A DNA stretch of 64,000 nucleotides from Nitrospirota bacterium. Its GTDB lineage: Bacteria > Nitrospirota > UBA9217. Under the pieces are notes generated by a model. That model was not told the origin of the DNA, did no database searches, and saw only the letters and a program-made list of their open reading frames with translations. Made by a program: the position numbers and the translations under genes. Where the stretch lies: positions 736,001 through 800,000 of the forward strand of contig CAVTRN010000002.1 of assembly GCA_963737155.1 (NCBI GenBank), in the 5' to 3' direction. Below, piece by piece: positions 27,756 through 38,216 of this stretch (positions are counted from its first letter, which is position 1; the number at the start of each line of letters is the position of its first letter).

Positions 27756-30700
27756 TTGCTGAACATCCTGCCCAAGAGACAGAATGCTTCGCTACAGGAA
27801 ACGCCGCAGCCGTACTGTGTGGGCGTGAACATCGGTGCGATCACGGTGAAGGCGGTGGCCTTGCGAGGGGGCGATGCCTTCTCCACGGTGGTGACCCATC
27901 AGGGCCGTCCTCTGGAGGTGCTCGGAGAAATACTCGCTGGGAAGGAGTTCAACGGTGCCGAATATTTCGGGGTATCTGGCCACAGGGGCCACATTTCCGA
28001 TGTTGCCGCCATTCAACGGGCGTTGGACGAACTGGGGGGTGATTTTGACGCGGTCGCCTCGCTAGGCGGCGAGTCCTTCCTGGTCTATCTTCTGGTTGAC
28101 GGAAGGATCTCGAATGTGCTTTCGCACAATAAATGCGCCGCCGGAAGCGGCGAATTTTTTGTGCAGCAGATCGGCCGGATGCAGCTCACGATTGAGGATG
28201 CTATCGAGCGCTCGTTTGTCGGGAAGGTCGTGCCACTGGCAAGCCGGTGCTCGGTCCATTGTAAGTCGGACATCACTCACAAGCTTAACCGGAAGGAAGC
28301 GAGCCCCGAAGACATCTTGCATACGTTGCATGACAGTATGGCTGACAAGGTGGTCTCGCTGCTCGAAAAGGCTCAGCGCCAGATCGATCGGGTGCTCGTC
28401 ATAGGAGGCGTATCCCGGAACGCTGCTCTCCTGTACGCCTTGCGAGAGAAGCTTCCCTCCACGGAATTCATCGTCCTTCCCGAGAGTCTTTGCTGGGAGG
28501 CCTGGGGGTGCGCTTTGCTCACCCGGGAGGAGCCTCGTTACAACTCTCCGAAGATCTCTCCTCAGCCGATGCCGGACAGTTATCCCCCGCTTCATCACCA
28601 GGCAGACCGGGTGCAGGTCATTGCGCCGCTGCAGCGGCAGCCGCATCCGGACCGCTTGCTGATCCTCGGTCTCGATGCGGGATCGACGACGACCAAGGCA
28701 GTCCTGCTCGATCCTGACACGAGGTGCGTGGTAGCATCGAACTACACCCGCACGCGAAGCGATCCCGTGGCCGCAACGCGCGAGTGCCTCAGGTCTGTCG
28801 CGCGTGAAGTCGGCAATCTCAGGGTCGGGCTGACCGGAACCACCGGCTCGGCTCGGGAACTTGTCGGCGCCTACTTGGGCACGGCCCATGTTTACAACGA
28901 GATTTCGGCCCATGCGACAGGAGCGAGCCACTTCGACCCTGACGTGGACACCATCTTCGAGATCGGCGGCCAGGACTCCAAGTACATCCGTCTCCGGAAC
29001 GGCGTACCCGTCGATTATGCGATGAACAATGCCTGCTCTGCCGGTACCGGTTCATTTCTGGAAGAGAGCGCTCAGGGAGACCTCGGCATAACGGTGTCGG
29101 ATATCGCCGAAAGCGCGCTGGCCGCAGCGTCTCCGGTGCAGTTAAAGGCGACCTGCGCGGCATTCATCAATTCCGACATCCGTATCGCGTTCCAACAGGG
29201 CCAGTCGCGAGAAAACATTGTGGCTGGGCTGGTTTACGCGATCGCCGCAAACTATCTCACCAAGGTCAAGGGGCCGCGTGCTTTGGGCAAAAAGGTGTTT
29301 CTGCAAGGCGGAGTTGCCCTGAACCGCGCCGTAGGCCATGCCTTTGCTCATAGCGTGGACCGCACGGTCGTGATTCCCCCTAACCCGGAACTTATGGGAG
29401 CGCTGGGCGTCGCGCTCCTTGCCCTGGGACGCTGCAACGGTAAGCTTGATGCCGCGACGGATCTGCTTTCCCTGTCTGCCCCAGAGATGGCTTCCCCGGG
29501 GCACTTCATTTGCAAGGCATGCCGGATGCACTGCAGCATCGACCGTTTTGAGGTAGCTGGCCGGCGTTTTCCCTTTGGCGGGCGCTGCAGCCTTTATGAA
29601 AATGTATGGAAAAGAAACGCCCGCGTTGTTGCCGCGCCGGACCTAGTCGGACAACGGGCTGAGTTGATCTTTGGAAAAAACGACACCAGCGGAGAAAGAC
29701 AGGCGCTGGAGCGCGGCCGACCTCGCATTGGAATTCCGAGAGCGCTCTTAACGCACTCACTCTATCCTCTTTTCTCAACTTTTTTCTCGAGTCTGGGACT
29801 GGAGGTGGTCTTGTCCGGTCTGGACCTCCATGGCGAGCTGAAGTCCTATTCAGGCTTTTGCTATCCCGCGCAGACAGCGCATGGCGCGGTCCTGGATCTT
29901 GCCAGGCAGAGTGTGGATCTGGTCTTCCTCCCTCATGTAAAACGTATGCCCCTGCCCGGCCTGTGCGATGATTCCTATCTCTGCCCGATCACCCAGGCCA
30001 GCCCCTTTTTCCTTGCCGCGGCATTTTCGGATGTCCGCTTCCTTTCTCCGGTCCTGGATTTCACTTGTGGCTACGAATGCGGTCCGGAAATGGAAGAGAT
30101 GATTGCTCGGGAGTTGGGAATCGGTCGCGAACAGATACGGCAAGCCTGGAAAGCGGCAAGGAGCGCCCAGATACGGACTGACTGCGCGATGCAAGAGCTC
30201 GGACAGCAGTTTCTTGAGCGTGCGCTGGCGGAAGGAAAGCCAGCGATCGTGCTTGCGGGCCGAAGCTACAACGCTTACGCGCCTGAGGCTTCCCAATCAG
30301 TCGGCAAAAAGCTCTCCAGCATGGGTATGGTGGCCATCCCCGCTGATTGCCTGGCACAGACCGAAGAGGGGCCCTTTGCCTGGCACTTCTCCAACCAGGT
30401 ATTGAACGCCATGGCTCTGGCTAAGAAGCATCCCAATCTGTTTCTGGTCTGCATCAGTAATTTCAGCTGCACCGTGGACGCCTTTACGCATGCCAAAGTC
30501 GCGTCCGAGATGGGTTCCAAACCCTACCTGATTCTTGAGATCGACGCGCACACAGCCGACGCCGGCGTCCAGACCCGCCTTGAGGCTTTCCTCGACATTG
30601 TTCATAACTATCAGGGTATGCCGGCCATCCAGAGTCGACAGTTCTCATTGTGCCGGGTCGGCGCCGGTAATACGGTCATCCGTTCTTCGGGGGAGACTGT

Positions 30701-31976
30701 ATCGATGTTCGATTCACGGGTAAAGTTTTATTTTCCCAATTTCTCGGAATTCCATACACAGGCAATGGCAATGGCGTTCCGTTGGCTGGGCCTGCAAGCC
30801 GGAGAACTCACTCCGCTCGACCGGTACCAGCTCGAACTGGGGCTCCAACACACGTCAGGACGCGAGTGCCTTCCACTGCCGCTCTGCGTCGGACAACTGC
30901 TCAAGATCAACGAGCAGCGCAAGCCCGGCGAACTCGCAGGATTTTACATGCTGAAAGGTGGAGCGCCCTGCGTATTGGACGCCTATCTGGATTACCTCAG
31001 ACGTTTCATCTCGGATCAGCAATTGCCCGACATTTTTCTGTTCGTCCCGACCGAAGATTACGGACAAGGTTCAATCGACAGAATGGCGCTCGCAAAATAC
31101 TCAGCGCTCACGCTCCTTCTGGCGGACCTCCTTGTGGAGATCGAGCATGTTCTGCTGGTTGTCGGCGATCGAGGGAGCGTGGACCGACTCAGGCAGGAGT
31201 GGCAGCGATTTGTTGCCGTAGCAGACTCGGAGGGCCGTTTTCAGGACGAGTTGGCCTCATTTATCGAGCGGATCGCAGCCCTTCCACGCACGCGGGACCC
31301 AATGGCCTGTCCGCGGGTCGTTGTCATTGGTGACTTCTTTACCCGCTTTAGCCCCTTCTTCATGGACGGCGTCCGAGACCTGTATTCCGGGCAAGGCATC
31401 ATCCTGAAGCCTGTTGATATGACCGACTTGCTGCTGTATCACACCTATTACCCGGTGGCCGAAACGGCCCGCGAATGGGGTATGAAACCGGGCGGGCTGG
31501 CTTTGGCCAAAGCCTGCTCCAGGATTTTTCAAAGGGATGGAAAGCGGTATCTGCAGCACTGGCTTGCCTATATGGCGGAGAGGCATGTCGAGGAAAACTA
31601 CCGGAGGCTGTTTGCGAAGACCGGCCTTCTCGTGGCTGGTTCCAATGATGCGGCTTCCTTGTTCGAGAAGGCTTCTGATTATGTGTCACCGGGAATCTAC
31701 GGTGAGATTATATCGACCATTGGCCGGGGCTTGGAGGCCGAGGCTGAAGGCTACGATGGCATCATCTGCATCGGGCCGTTCAACTGCCTCCCATTCCGCA
31801 TTTCCGAAGCGATCCTAAAACCGTTCAGCATCCGGCAGGGGATGCCTGTCCTGACCTATGAGAGCGACGGCTACACGGTTTCGCCGTCGGTCCTTCGTCA
31901 GGTGGACGTACACATCCAGCAGGTTCTTGAACGCTCGGCCCGGATTCCGCGTTATCAAAATATTCGAACCCACTGA
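27756..31976 (+). CDS. CoA-substrate-specific enzyme activase (2 x BadF/BcrAD ATPase) fused to DUF2229/dehydratase-like domains
   Basis: NKCAAGSGEF, LGLDAGSTTTK, EIGGQDSK, MNNACSAGTGSFLEE, LILEIDAH, GRECLP, GPFNCLP. Confidence 0.88.
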   Translation: MLNILPKRQNASLQETPQPYCVGVNIGAITVKAVALRGGDAFSTVVTHQGRPLEVLGEILAGKEFNGAEYFGVSGHRGHISDVAAIQRALDELGGDFDAVASLGGESFLVYLLVDGRISNVLSHNKCAAGSGEFFVQQIGRMQLTIEDAIERSFVGKVVPLASRCSVHCKSDITHKLNRKEASPEDILHTLHDSMADKVVSLLEKAQRQIDRVLVIGGVSRNAALLYALREKLPSTEFIVLPESLCWEAWGCALLTREEPRYNSPKISPQPMPDSYPPLHHQADRVQVIAPLQRQPHPDRLLILGLDAGSTTTKAVLLDPDTRCVVASNYTRTRSDPVAATRECLRSVAREVGNLRVGLTGTTGSARELVGAYLGTAHVYNEISAHATGASHFDPDVDTIFEIGGQDSKYIRLRNGVPVDYAMNNACSAGTGSFLEESAQGDLGITVSDIAESALAAASPVQLKATCAAFINSDIRIAFQQGQSRENIVAGLVYAIAANYLTKVKGPRALGKKVFLQGGVALNRAVGHAFAHSVDRTVVIPPNPELMGALGVALLALGRCNGKLDAATDLLSLSAPEMASPGHFICKACRMHCSIDRFEVAGRRFPFGGRCSLYENVWKRNARVVAAPDLVGQRAELIFGKNDTSGERQALERGRPRIGIPRALLTHSLYPLFSTFFSSLGLEVVLSGLDLHGELKSYSGFCYPAQTAHGAVLDLARQSVDLVFLPHVKRMPLPGLCDDSYLCPITQASPFFLAAAFSDVRFLSPVLDFTCGYECGPEMEEMIARELGIGREQIRQAWKAARSAQIRTDCAMQELGQQFLERALAEGKPAIVLAGRSYNAYAPEASQSVGKKLSSMGMVAIPADCLAQTEEGPFAWHFSNQVLNAMALAKKHPNLFLVCISNFSCTVDAFTHAKVASEMGSKPYLILEIDAHTADAGVQTRLEAFLDIVHNYQGMPAIQSRQFSLCRVGAGNTVIRSSGETVSMFDSRVKFYFPNFSEFHTQAMAMAFRWLGLQAGELTPLDRYQLELGLQHTSGRECLPLPLCVGQLLKINEQRKPGELAGFYMLKGGAPCVLDAYLDYLRRFISDQQLPDIFLFVPTEDYGQGSIDRMALAKYSALTLLLADLLVEIEHVLLVVGDRGSVDRLRQEWQRFVAVADSEGRFQDELASFIERIAALPRTRDPMACPRVVVIGDFFTRFSPFFMDGVRDLYSGQGIILKPVDMTDLLLYHTYYPVAETAREWGMKPGGLALAKACSRIFQRDGKRYLQHWLAYMAERHVEENYRRLFAKTGLLVAGSNDAASLFEKASDYVSPGIYGEIISTIGRGLEAEAEGYDGIICIGPFNCLPFRISEAILKPFSIRQGMPVLTYESDGYTVSPSVLRQVDVHIQQVLERSARIPRYQNIRTH

Positions 31977-32096
31977 AATCTGACTTGGCCGTTATTCTTT
32001 CGACAGCGGGAAATCCGGGTTTATCATGAATAGACTGGATGCCCGTTTTCTCGGGCATGAAGAATTATTCTGCCACAGAAAGCTTTTTCAACAGCC

Positions 32097-32879
32097 TCAT
32101 TCCTGGAGTGTGAAGGCGGACAGAATTTCCACCAGCGAGTCCACGGCCTTTCCCAGGTTTTTCGAAGCCCTTGCGGCGTTTCTCCCGAGTTTTATGCTTA
32201 CCGGGATAAGCGTCGGCTTTGAGAGAAGGAGGCCGAAAGCCTGTGAAAAACGGTAATGGCCCGTCTTGTCCGTTACGGCGATAAGTTCCGGAGGAATATC
32301 TTCATCCAGCCGATCGGTGATCGAGCGTAACGCGAGAAAGGGCACGCGATTCTGATGCGAGAGCTTTGCGAAATAAAATGTTTCCATGTCGCATACGGGG
32401 AAGGGGAGGTCGCCGGGGATCATCTTTTTGATTTTTGATTTTGTCATCATTTCCGAGAGGGTAACAATGCCTCCCTCCCTTGCGGCGATCCTTTCATTGA
32501 GCTTGTCCCCAATTTGTCTGCCGAGGGCGGAATCGGGGACGACGTCTTCCGGGAGATGTTCTCGCTCCCGCGTTCTGTCTCCCCTGATGAGGAAGGAGCG
32601 GGAAGACCACACAATATCCCCGATACCGGCGTTTTCGTACAGGGCGCCGCCGAAACCGGCGGATAAAACAATGTCGGGGCGGCGCTCCTGGAGCACGTGC
32701 CGGAATGCGGTTTCCGCGTTCGCAGCGCCTATGCCGGTTTGTACTGCGATGACGTCACACGGGGGATGCAGCTCCCTCTCCAAGGGGAAAGGACGGTTCA
32801 CCGGATTTTGTGCTGATGGACGGTTTTTACGTATGTGCTTTAATTCCTGCGGAAAGGCCGCAAAAAGTGCCATGATCAT
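32097..32879 (-). CDS. Nucleoside phosphorylase family, hopanoid-associated HpnG-like
   Basis: QTGIG, SAGFGGAL, CDMET, LRSITD; adjacent to hpn genes. Confidence 0.75.
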   Translation of the reverse strand: MIMALFAAFPQELKHIRKNRPSAQNPVNRPFPLERELHPPCDVIAVQTGIGAANAETAFRHVLQERRPDIVLSAGFGGALYENAGIGDIVWSSRSFLIRGDRTREREHLPEDVVPDSALGRQIGDKLNERIAAREGGIVTLSEMMTKSKIKKMIPGDLPFPVCDMETFYFAKLSHQNRVPFLALRSITDRLDEDIPPELIAVTDKTGHYRFSQAFGLLLSKPTLIPVSIKLGRNAARASKNLGKAVDSLVEILSAFTLQE

Positions 32880-32927
32880 TTTGAGAAGGTGTTCTGCCTT
32901 TCTTTGAGGATCGACAGCGTGGCCTGA

Positions 32928-33495
32928 TTATATCCCTTCCTGCTCGGGAAAGTATTTCTTCCTCAACTTGTTTTGATGGCCCTGTTCGACGAATGTGTCG
33001 GAGGTCCCGTCTCGCTTGCGGTGTACGGCTTCTATTTCGCGATCAAGGAAAAGTTCAAGTAGGGCGCTGCCGAAGCCCTGGGCAAGAACATTCTCTTTAA
33101 CGGGACGAGCTTCATGCCGCTGACGCGACGAACGGATCAGCCTCGCGTCCGGCGGTTTAACGAACCGTGCATTGACGGCCGCTGCGTCGATGCCTTTCGC
33201 TTCTGGCAACGTCGCTGCCGACAGGACCGGGAGCACGGTATGGCCCAGCGCCATCAACGCAACGTCGCCGCAACTTCTCGGGAGCTCGGCCTCTCCGATG
33301 TGAAGGGACCGGGCGAACTCCCGTTCTCCGAGGGGCGTCCGGGCAGCCTTATCACTTTTTCTCTCGGATACCGGATGTCGGCAGATCCGCTGTGTTTCAG
33401 CGCCAAGCCGAGCATGGCAGACCAATTCAATGTTGTCCTTCGAGGCCTTGACCACGAGGTTCGGAATATGTCTGAGATAGGAAGGGTCCTGTATA
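32928..33495 (-). pseudogene. dxs: Truncated, degenerate 1-deoxy-D-xylulose-5-phosphate synthase (C-terminal part only)
   Basis: SYLRHIPNLVVKASKD, GDVALMALG, VNARFVKPPD, ENVLAQGFGSALLE, DTFVEQG. The N-terminal TPP-binding domain is absent. Confidence 0.7.
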
Positions 33496-33722
33496 CGTGA
33501 AGCCGATTTCGCGTGGAGAGGGTTTTTTCTCCTCTTTTTGTAGTATAGTCTTTGTCGTATAGTCCTAGTATAGCAGGGAAAATGGCGACGGCAAGTTATT
33601 TTAGGAGCGGGGACTTGAGCGAGGACTTGATTTCTGATATCATAGACCTCACGTGAGCGCGAAAGGCTGAACGGTTAAGTACACTCCCAATTGACGTCCC
33701 GCGGCGCGGGACGAGAAGCGAC

Positions 33723-34874
33723 ATGATCATCTCGATACCGGCAATTCTTATTCTACTTATCCTTTGTGCGGGAGCCTATCATCTTTTCTCTCTCTATTGC
33801 GTATGGGAATTTTTCCGGGAGGAAATAAGCGAGCCGGCGCTTCGGCCTCACATCCCCGTATCAATCATCAAACCGCTCAAGGGAATCGAACCCGGATTCG
33901 GGGAAAACCTCAGGACTTTTTGCGAGCAGGACTATCCCGAATTTGAGGTCCTGCTGGGATTTTCCGATCCGGCCGACGACGCCATCCCGCGGGTCAATGG
34001 GACGGTTGATACCCTAATGGATTGCAATGTCCGTACGGTCATCGGCGCGGGTCGCCCGGCTGTGAACCGGAAGGTGTCGAATCTTGGAGGGCTGGCGGAA
34101 TCAGCCCGGCACCCCATCCTCGCTATCAGCGACAGCGACATGAGAGTGGACCGAGCCTACCTCGGGCGAAGCATGGAGGAATACTTCAGCGCCCGAAACG
34201 TCGGCCTGGTCACGTCTCTGTACAAGATCTCAAACCCCGAATCGATCGGCGCCGCGCTGGAGTCCCTAACGATCGCGCTCGATTTTATTCCGTCCGTTCT
34301 TGTCGCCCGTCGACTGGAGGGCATTACGTTCGGATTAGGGGCATCTTTGGTGCTCTCGAAGAAGGCGTTGGAGGAGATCGGCGGCTTTGCCGCGATCGGC
34401 GACTACCTTGCAGACGATTACCAGCTCGGCAACCGGCTTTGGAAGCGGGGGTATTTGATCGTCCTTTCCCGGTATGTCATCGAGAACGTTGTGGGTCCCA
34501 TGAGCATTGCTGATTACTACAGGCATCAGCTCCGGTGGGCGCGGACCTACCGGTCATCAAGGCCCAAGGGTTTTGCCGGTTATGGCATTACGCACATGGT
34601 TCCCTTTTGCCTGCTTCTCCTCATTGCGGCAGGTCCGAACGCCCTCTCGCTGTCTGTACTTGGATCTGCCGTCATGGTGCGGTACGGCCTTGCATATGTC
34701 CTGTACAGAAAGGTAATTCACTCACGGCAGTGGCTGAAATGGATTGTGCTCGTGCCTGTAAAAGACGTCCTAGGCTTCGGTATCTGGGCCTGGAGTTTCA
34801 CGAGCCGGAAAGTCCGCTGGCGGGGCAACGAGTATCGTATCTTGAAAGACGGAAAGCTCCGGCAGACGGAGTAG
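33723..34874 (+). CDS. hpnI: Bacteriohopanetetrol glucosamine biosynthesis glycosyltransferase
   Basis: VSIIKPLKG, NRKVSNL, ISDSD, LADDYQLG, HQLRWART. Confidence 0.88.
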   Translation: MIISIPAILILLILCAGAYHLFSLYCVWEFFREEISEPALRPHIPVSIIKPLKGIEPGFGENLRTFCEQDYPEFEVLLGFSDPADDAIPRVNGTVDTLMDCNVRTVIGAGRPAVNRKVSNLGGLAESARHPILAISDSDMRVDRAYLGRSMEEYFSARNVGLVTSLYKISNPESIGAALESLTIALDFIPSVLVARRLEGITFGLGASLVLSKKALEEIGGFAAIGDYLADDYQLGNRLWKRGYLIVLSRYVIENVVGPMSIADYYRHQLRWARTYRSSRPKGFAGYGITHMVPFCLLLLIAAGPNALSLSVLGSAVMVRYGLAYVLYRKVIHSRQWLKWIVLVPVKDVLGFGIWAWSFTSRKVRWRGNEYRILKDGKLRQTE

Positions 34875-34938
34875 CCGCAGGTTAGGCTTTAAAGTGGGGC
34901 TGCCGCTAAAACCACACCTCCATTCCAGCACATAAACT

Positions 34939-36171
34939 ATGCTATCTTCGTTCCCGTTGTTTTTGCTGACAATGTCCTTGTGCTTGTTTGCTTGCACCAC
35001 CATGGTGCAAAAGCTCCCATACCCTCTGATCAACTTGGACGAGCAGGTAAAAGTGGTCACCGTGCCAGTCCCGGTCATTGCTGCCAACCCCAACGAAGGA
35101 CTCTACCGTGGCGCCATGGTTGCATTTCTTATCCACAACAAGAATGACGAAGTCAGCATGCTGCTGGCCCCGCAGGTGAATTTCAATCAGAACTTCGGTG
35201 TCTCCACTTCCCTTTTCGGCGCCTACTACCCGTCACCCGCCCAGAGCTTGGTATTCAATATCTCCAAGTCCACTTACGTGGACGATGACTACGAGTTTAG
35301 TTACGTTGACCGGTCGCTTTTCGGCGGCAAGGCAGAGGTCCGCTCCTTTTTCGACATATTTACTGATGGCTCTGCGCGTTTCTTTGGCTTCGGACCTAAC
35401 AGCCTGCAGTCGAACCAGACGAATTTCGGTGACAGGGAGTCGGGCATCACCCTATCGCTGGCTTACAGGATCGCGAAAAATCTCCAGTTGGTCGTGGGAG
35501 ACCGTTTCAGACGTGTAGATATTGAACAGGGAGCAGTGCAGTCGGTTCCCTTCATCGGCGATAAGTTCTTCGGGGCTGAGGTGCCTGGCATTGATGGCTT
35601 CTCCGTTCACGCGCAAAAGCTCGGTCTTGTTTACAGCACCCTCGACTTCCCCGACTTGCCGACTGTCGGGCTATACGCCGAGACGTCGGTCGAAGACAGC
35701 GCGAAGGACTTCGGCAGCAGCGCGAGCTTCGTTCATTACCATGCCGAGGTAAAGGGATATGTGCCGTCCGAGAGCGCACGCTGGATCAGTGTTCTCCGGG
35801 TCGCCTACAACCAGACTCCCGGCAACGATGTTCCCTTCCTTGAGCGAAGCATCCTTGGAGGGGAGACCACTTTGCGCGGGTATGGTCGCAACCGTTTTAT
35901 AGATTCCACGTCCCTGCTTCTCAACCTGGAAGAGCGAATCAGTGTCTTTCGCTGGAATGTATTCAACGTTAGGGCAGACTGGGAAGTGGCGCCGTTCGTT
36001 GATTACGGCGGAGTTATGAGAACGCTCGGAACTTTGCAGCGCGAAGATTTCAAAATCAATCCCGGCATTGGTTTCCGCGCCGTGGTTCGTCCTAATATTG
36101 TCGGTAGGTTGGATGTTGGCTTTGGTGATGAGGGGGCGGCTGTATTTGTCGGCCTCGCCTATCCATTCTAG
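34939..36171 (+). CDS. BamA/TamA (Omp85)-like outer-membrane beta-barrel protein
   Basis: LGGETTLRGYGRNRF, APFVDYG, GIGFR, terminal AYPF; possible lipobox LFAC. Confidence 0.8.
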   Translation: MLSSFPLFLLTMSLCLFACTTMVQKLPYPLINLDEQVKVVTVPVPVIAANPNEGLYRGAMVAFLIHNKNDEVSMLLAPQVNFNQNFGVSTSLFGAYYPSPAQSLVFNISKSTYVDDDYEFSYVDRSLFGGKAEVRSFFDIFTDGSARFFGFGPNSLQSNQTNFGDRESGITLSLAYRIAKNLQLVVGDRFRRVDIEQGAVQSVPFIGDKFFGAEVPGIDGFSVHAQKLGLVYSTLDFPDLPTVGLYAETSVEDSAKDFGSSASFVHYHAEVKGYVPSESARWISVLRVAYNQTPGNDVPFLERSILGGETTLRGYGRNRFIDSTSLLLNLEERISVFRWNVFNVRADWEVAPFVDYGGVMRTLGTLQREDFKINPGIGFRAVVRPNIVGRLDVGFGDEGAAVFVGLAYPF

Positions 36172-36496
36172 AAACCACTATTTTCTCGCGGAGCAAGGGA
36201 CACAGATCTTTCTAATACGGCAGTTGATGCGATGGTTTCTTATTAAATCAATAAGATGCTTTATATTCTTTTAAATCTGTTAGGTGAGGAATTAATTGCA
36301 ATTGCCGTAGTTTTTATAAATTTGATATATTATTATTAACTAAAGAATTAAGTATCATAATTGTCCACAACTGCTAAGAGTTCTGGCCAAAGTAACAATA
36401 CTTTAGTTATATTGATATTTGAGATGAACTGCGCTATCGTTTCTTTAAATATCGACGGGTGAATGGTTTAAGTGAGCGGAAAATCAAGAAAGTTGA

Positions 36497-36525
36497 TTGA
36501 CAATTTCTTTCTTTTTTACTAGAAT
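36497..36525 (+). promoter_or_regulatory. Sigma70 promoter upstream of hpnJ
   Basis: TTGACA (36497-36502)-N17-TAGAAT (36520-36525). Confidence 0.7.
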
Positions 36526-36662
36526 GCCACTCGAAAAGGGCATCGTTCGCATCTTACGAAGAAACAGGAAGCATAGAGGGGAACGGACATCTTAACACCC
36601 CGTGATCTATCCAAGCGATGGAGCATAGAGGTGGAGGAGCGTTCGGATGACATTGATTACTG

Positions 36663-36716
36663 TGAGGAGGATCTGAAGGGTGATTTTCTGCTTCAGTCGC
36701 TTCTCCTCATTTTTTT
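36663..36716 (+). terminator. Terminator-like hairpin inside the hpnJ leader
   Basis: TGAGGAG..CTGAAG pairs with CTTCAG..CTCCTCA and is followed by T7. Confidence 0.55.
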
Positions 36717-36791
36717 CTTATTTCTGGATTCCTGCCGGGGCACAGTAACGGTCTGCTCAGGTCGGGCTTCATAAAGCTGGGGGAAATAAAA

Positions 36792-38216
36792 GTGAGGACA
36801 CTGCTTCTCAACCCGCCATCATACGAGGGGATAGACGGTGGGGCCGGATCACGATATCAGGCGCGGCGTGAAATCCGCTCCTTCTGGTATCCCACCTGGT
36901 TGGCGTATGCTGCCGGACTTATTCCGGAAAGCCGTCTCGTTGATGCTCCTGCCGACAGTCTAAGCGCGGATGACGTAATCCGTCTCGCGAAGGGATACGA
37001 CTTGATTGTCATGAGCACCAGCACCCCGACTATTGCTCATGATATCGGTCTTGCTGGGGCGCTGAAGGAACACTATCCCCATGTTATGATCGGACTTGTT
37101 GGCCCTCACCCCATGGTTCTACCTATGGAAACAATGGCGATGTCGGAAGCCCTCGATTTCGTCACCACGGGAGAGTATGATTATACTCTGGCCGAAATCG
37201 CCGATGGAGTCCCGCTTAATCGCGTCAGGGGAATTGTCTATCGCTCAAATGGTAGTATGGTACGTACGCAGGACAGATCGATAATCGAAGATCTCGACGC
37301 GCTTCCCTTTGTAAGCGGGATCTACGCGCGGGACCTCACGATCGAGAATTATTACAATGGCTACTTACTCCATCCGTACGTTTCTCTCTATACCGGACGC
37401 GGGTGTCGTTCGCGGTGCACGTATTGCCTGTGGCCCCAGACGATCTCTGGGCACGTCTACCGGGCGAGAAGCGTGGACAACGTGTATGAAGAAATGGTTC
37501 TTGCCGGCCGACTGTTCCCGCAGGTGAAGGAGTTTTTCTTTGACGATGATACTTTGACCCAGGATATAGCGAGAGCCGAAAAGCTCGCCCGCAGAATAAA
37601 ACCGCTGGGGATGACATGGTCGTGCAACGCACGAGCGAACGTCAAAAAGGAAACACTCAAGGTGATGAAAGATAGCGGTTTGCGTTTGCTGACGGTGGGG
37701 TTTGAATCGGGTAACCAGAAAATACTCGACAATATGAAAAAGGGGATACATCCCGCCCAAGCCCGGGAATTTATGAAGGCGACAAAAGAACTGGGCATAC
37801 TCGTCCATGGTGCATTTATTCTGGGGTTGCCGGGCGAAACGAAAGAAACCATTGAAGAGACCGTTAGGTATGCACTGGAGCTCGACCCCTATAGTATCCA
37901 AGTCTCTCTTGTCGCCCCCTATCCTGGGACCGAGATGTATGCGCAGGGAATAAAAGAGGGTTGGATCGTGCGAGCAGGCGAAGATCTGTTGAAAAATGGG
38001 ATCCAGAACGCTGCCGTCTCCTATGATGGACTTTCCCGGGAATATATTTTTGAGGCGGTGGAGCGTTTCTACCGCCGCTTCTACCTCAGACCTCGTCCGA
38101 TCCTGAGAATCGTGAAGGAAATGCTACATGACAGGCATCTATTTGTCCGCCGCGTGAGAGAAGGGACAGAGTTTTTCTCGTTCATGGCAAAGCGGAAAGA
38201 GGTGGTCCAGTCGTAA
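36792..38216 (+). CDS. hpnJ: Hopanoid biosynthesis-associated radical SAM protein
   Basis: DGGAGSRYQARREIRSFWYPTWLA, GRGCRSRCTYCLWPQT, QVSLVAPYPGT. Confidence 0.92.
   Translation: MRTLLLNPPSYEGIDGGAGSRYQARREIRSFWYPTWLAYAAGLIPESRLVDAPADSLSADDVIRLAKGYDLIVMSTSTPTIAHDIGLAGALKEHYPHVMIGLVGPHPMVLPMETMAMSEALDFVTTGEYDYTLAEIADGVPLNRVRGIVYRSNGSMVRTQDRSIIEDLDALPFVSGIYARDLTIENYYNGYLLHPYVSLYTGRGCRSRCTYCLWPQTISGHVYRARSVDNVYEEMVLAGRLFPQVKEFFFDDDTLTQDIARAEKLARRIKPLGMTWSCNARANVKKETLKVMKDSGLRLLTVGFESGNQKILDNMKKGIHPAQAREFMKATKELGILVHGAFILGLPGETKETIEETVRYALELDPYSIQVSLVAPYPGTEMYAQGIKEGWIVRAGEDLLKNGIQNAAVSYDGLSREYIFEAVERFYRRFYLRPRPILRIVKEMLHDRHLFVRRVREGTEFFSFMAKRKEVVQS

Noticed and set aside
28062-28931. 289-aa antisense ORF and many similar shadow ORFs
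   Set aside because: They lie opposite well-supported genes in GC-rich sequence and carry no motifs.
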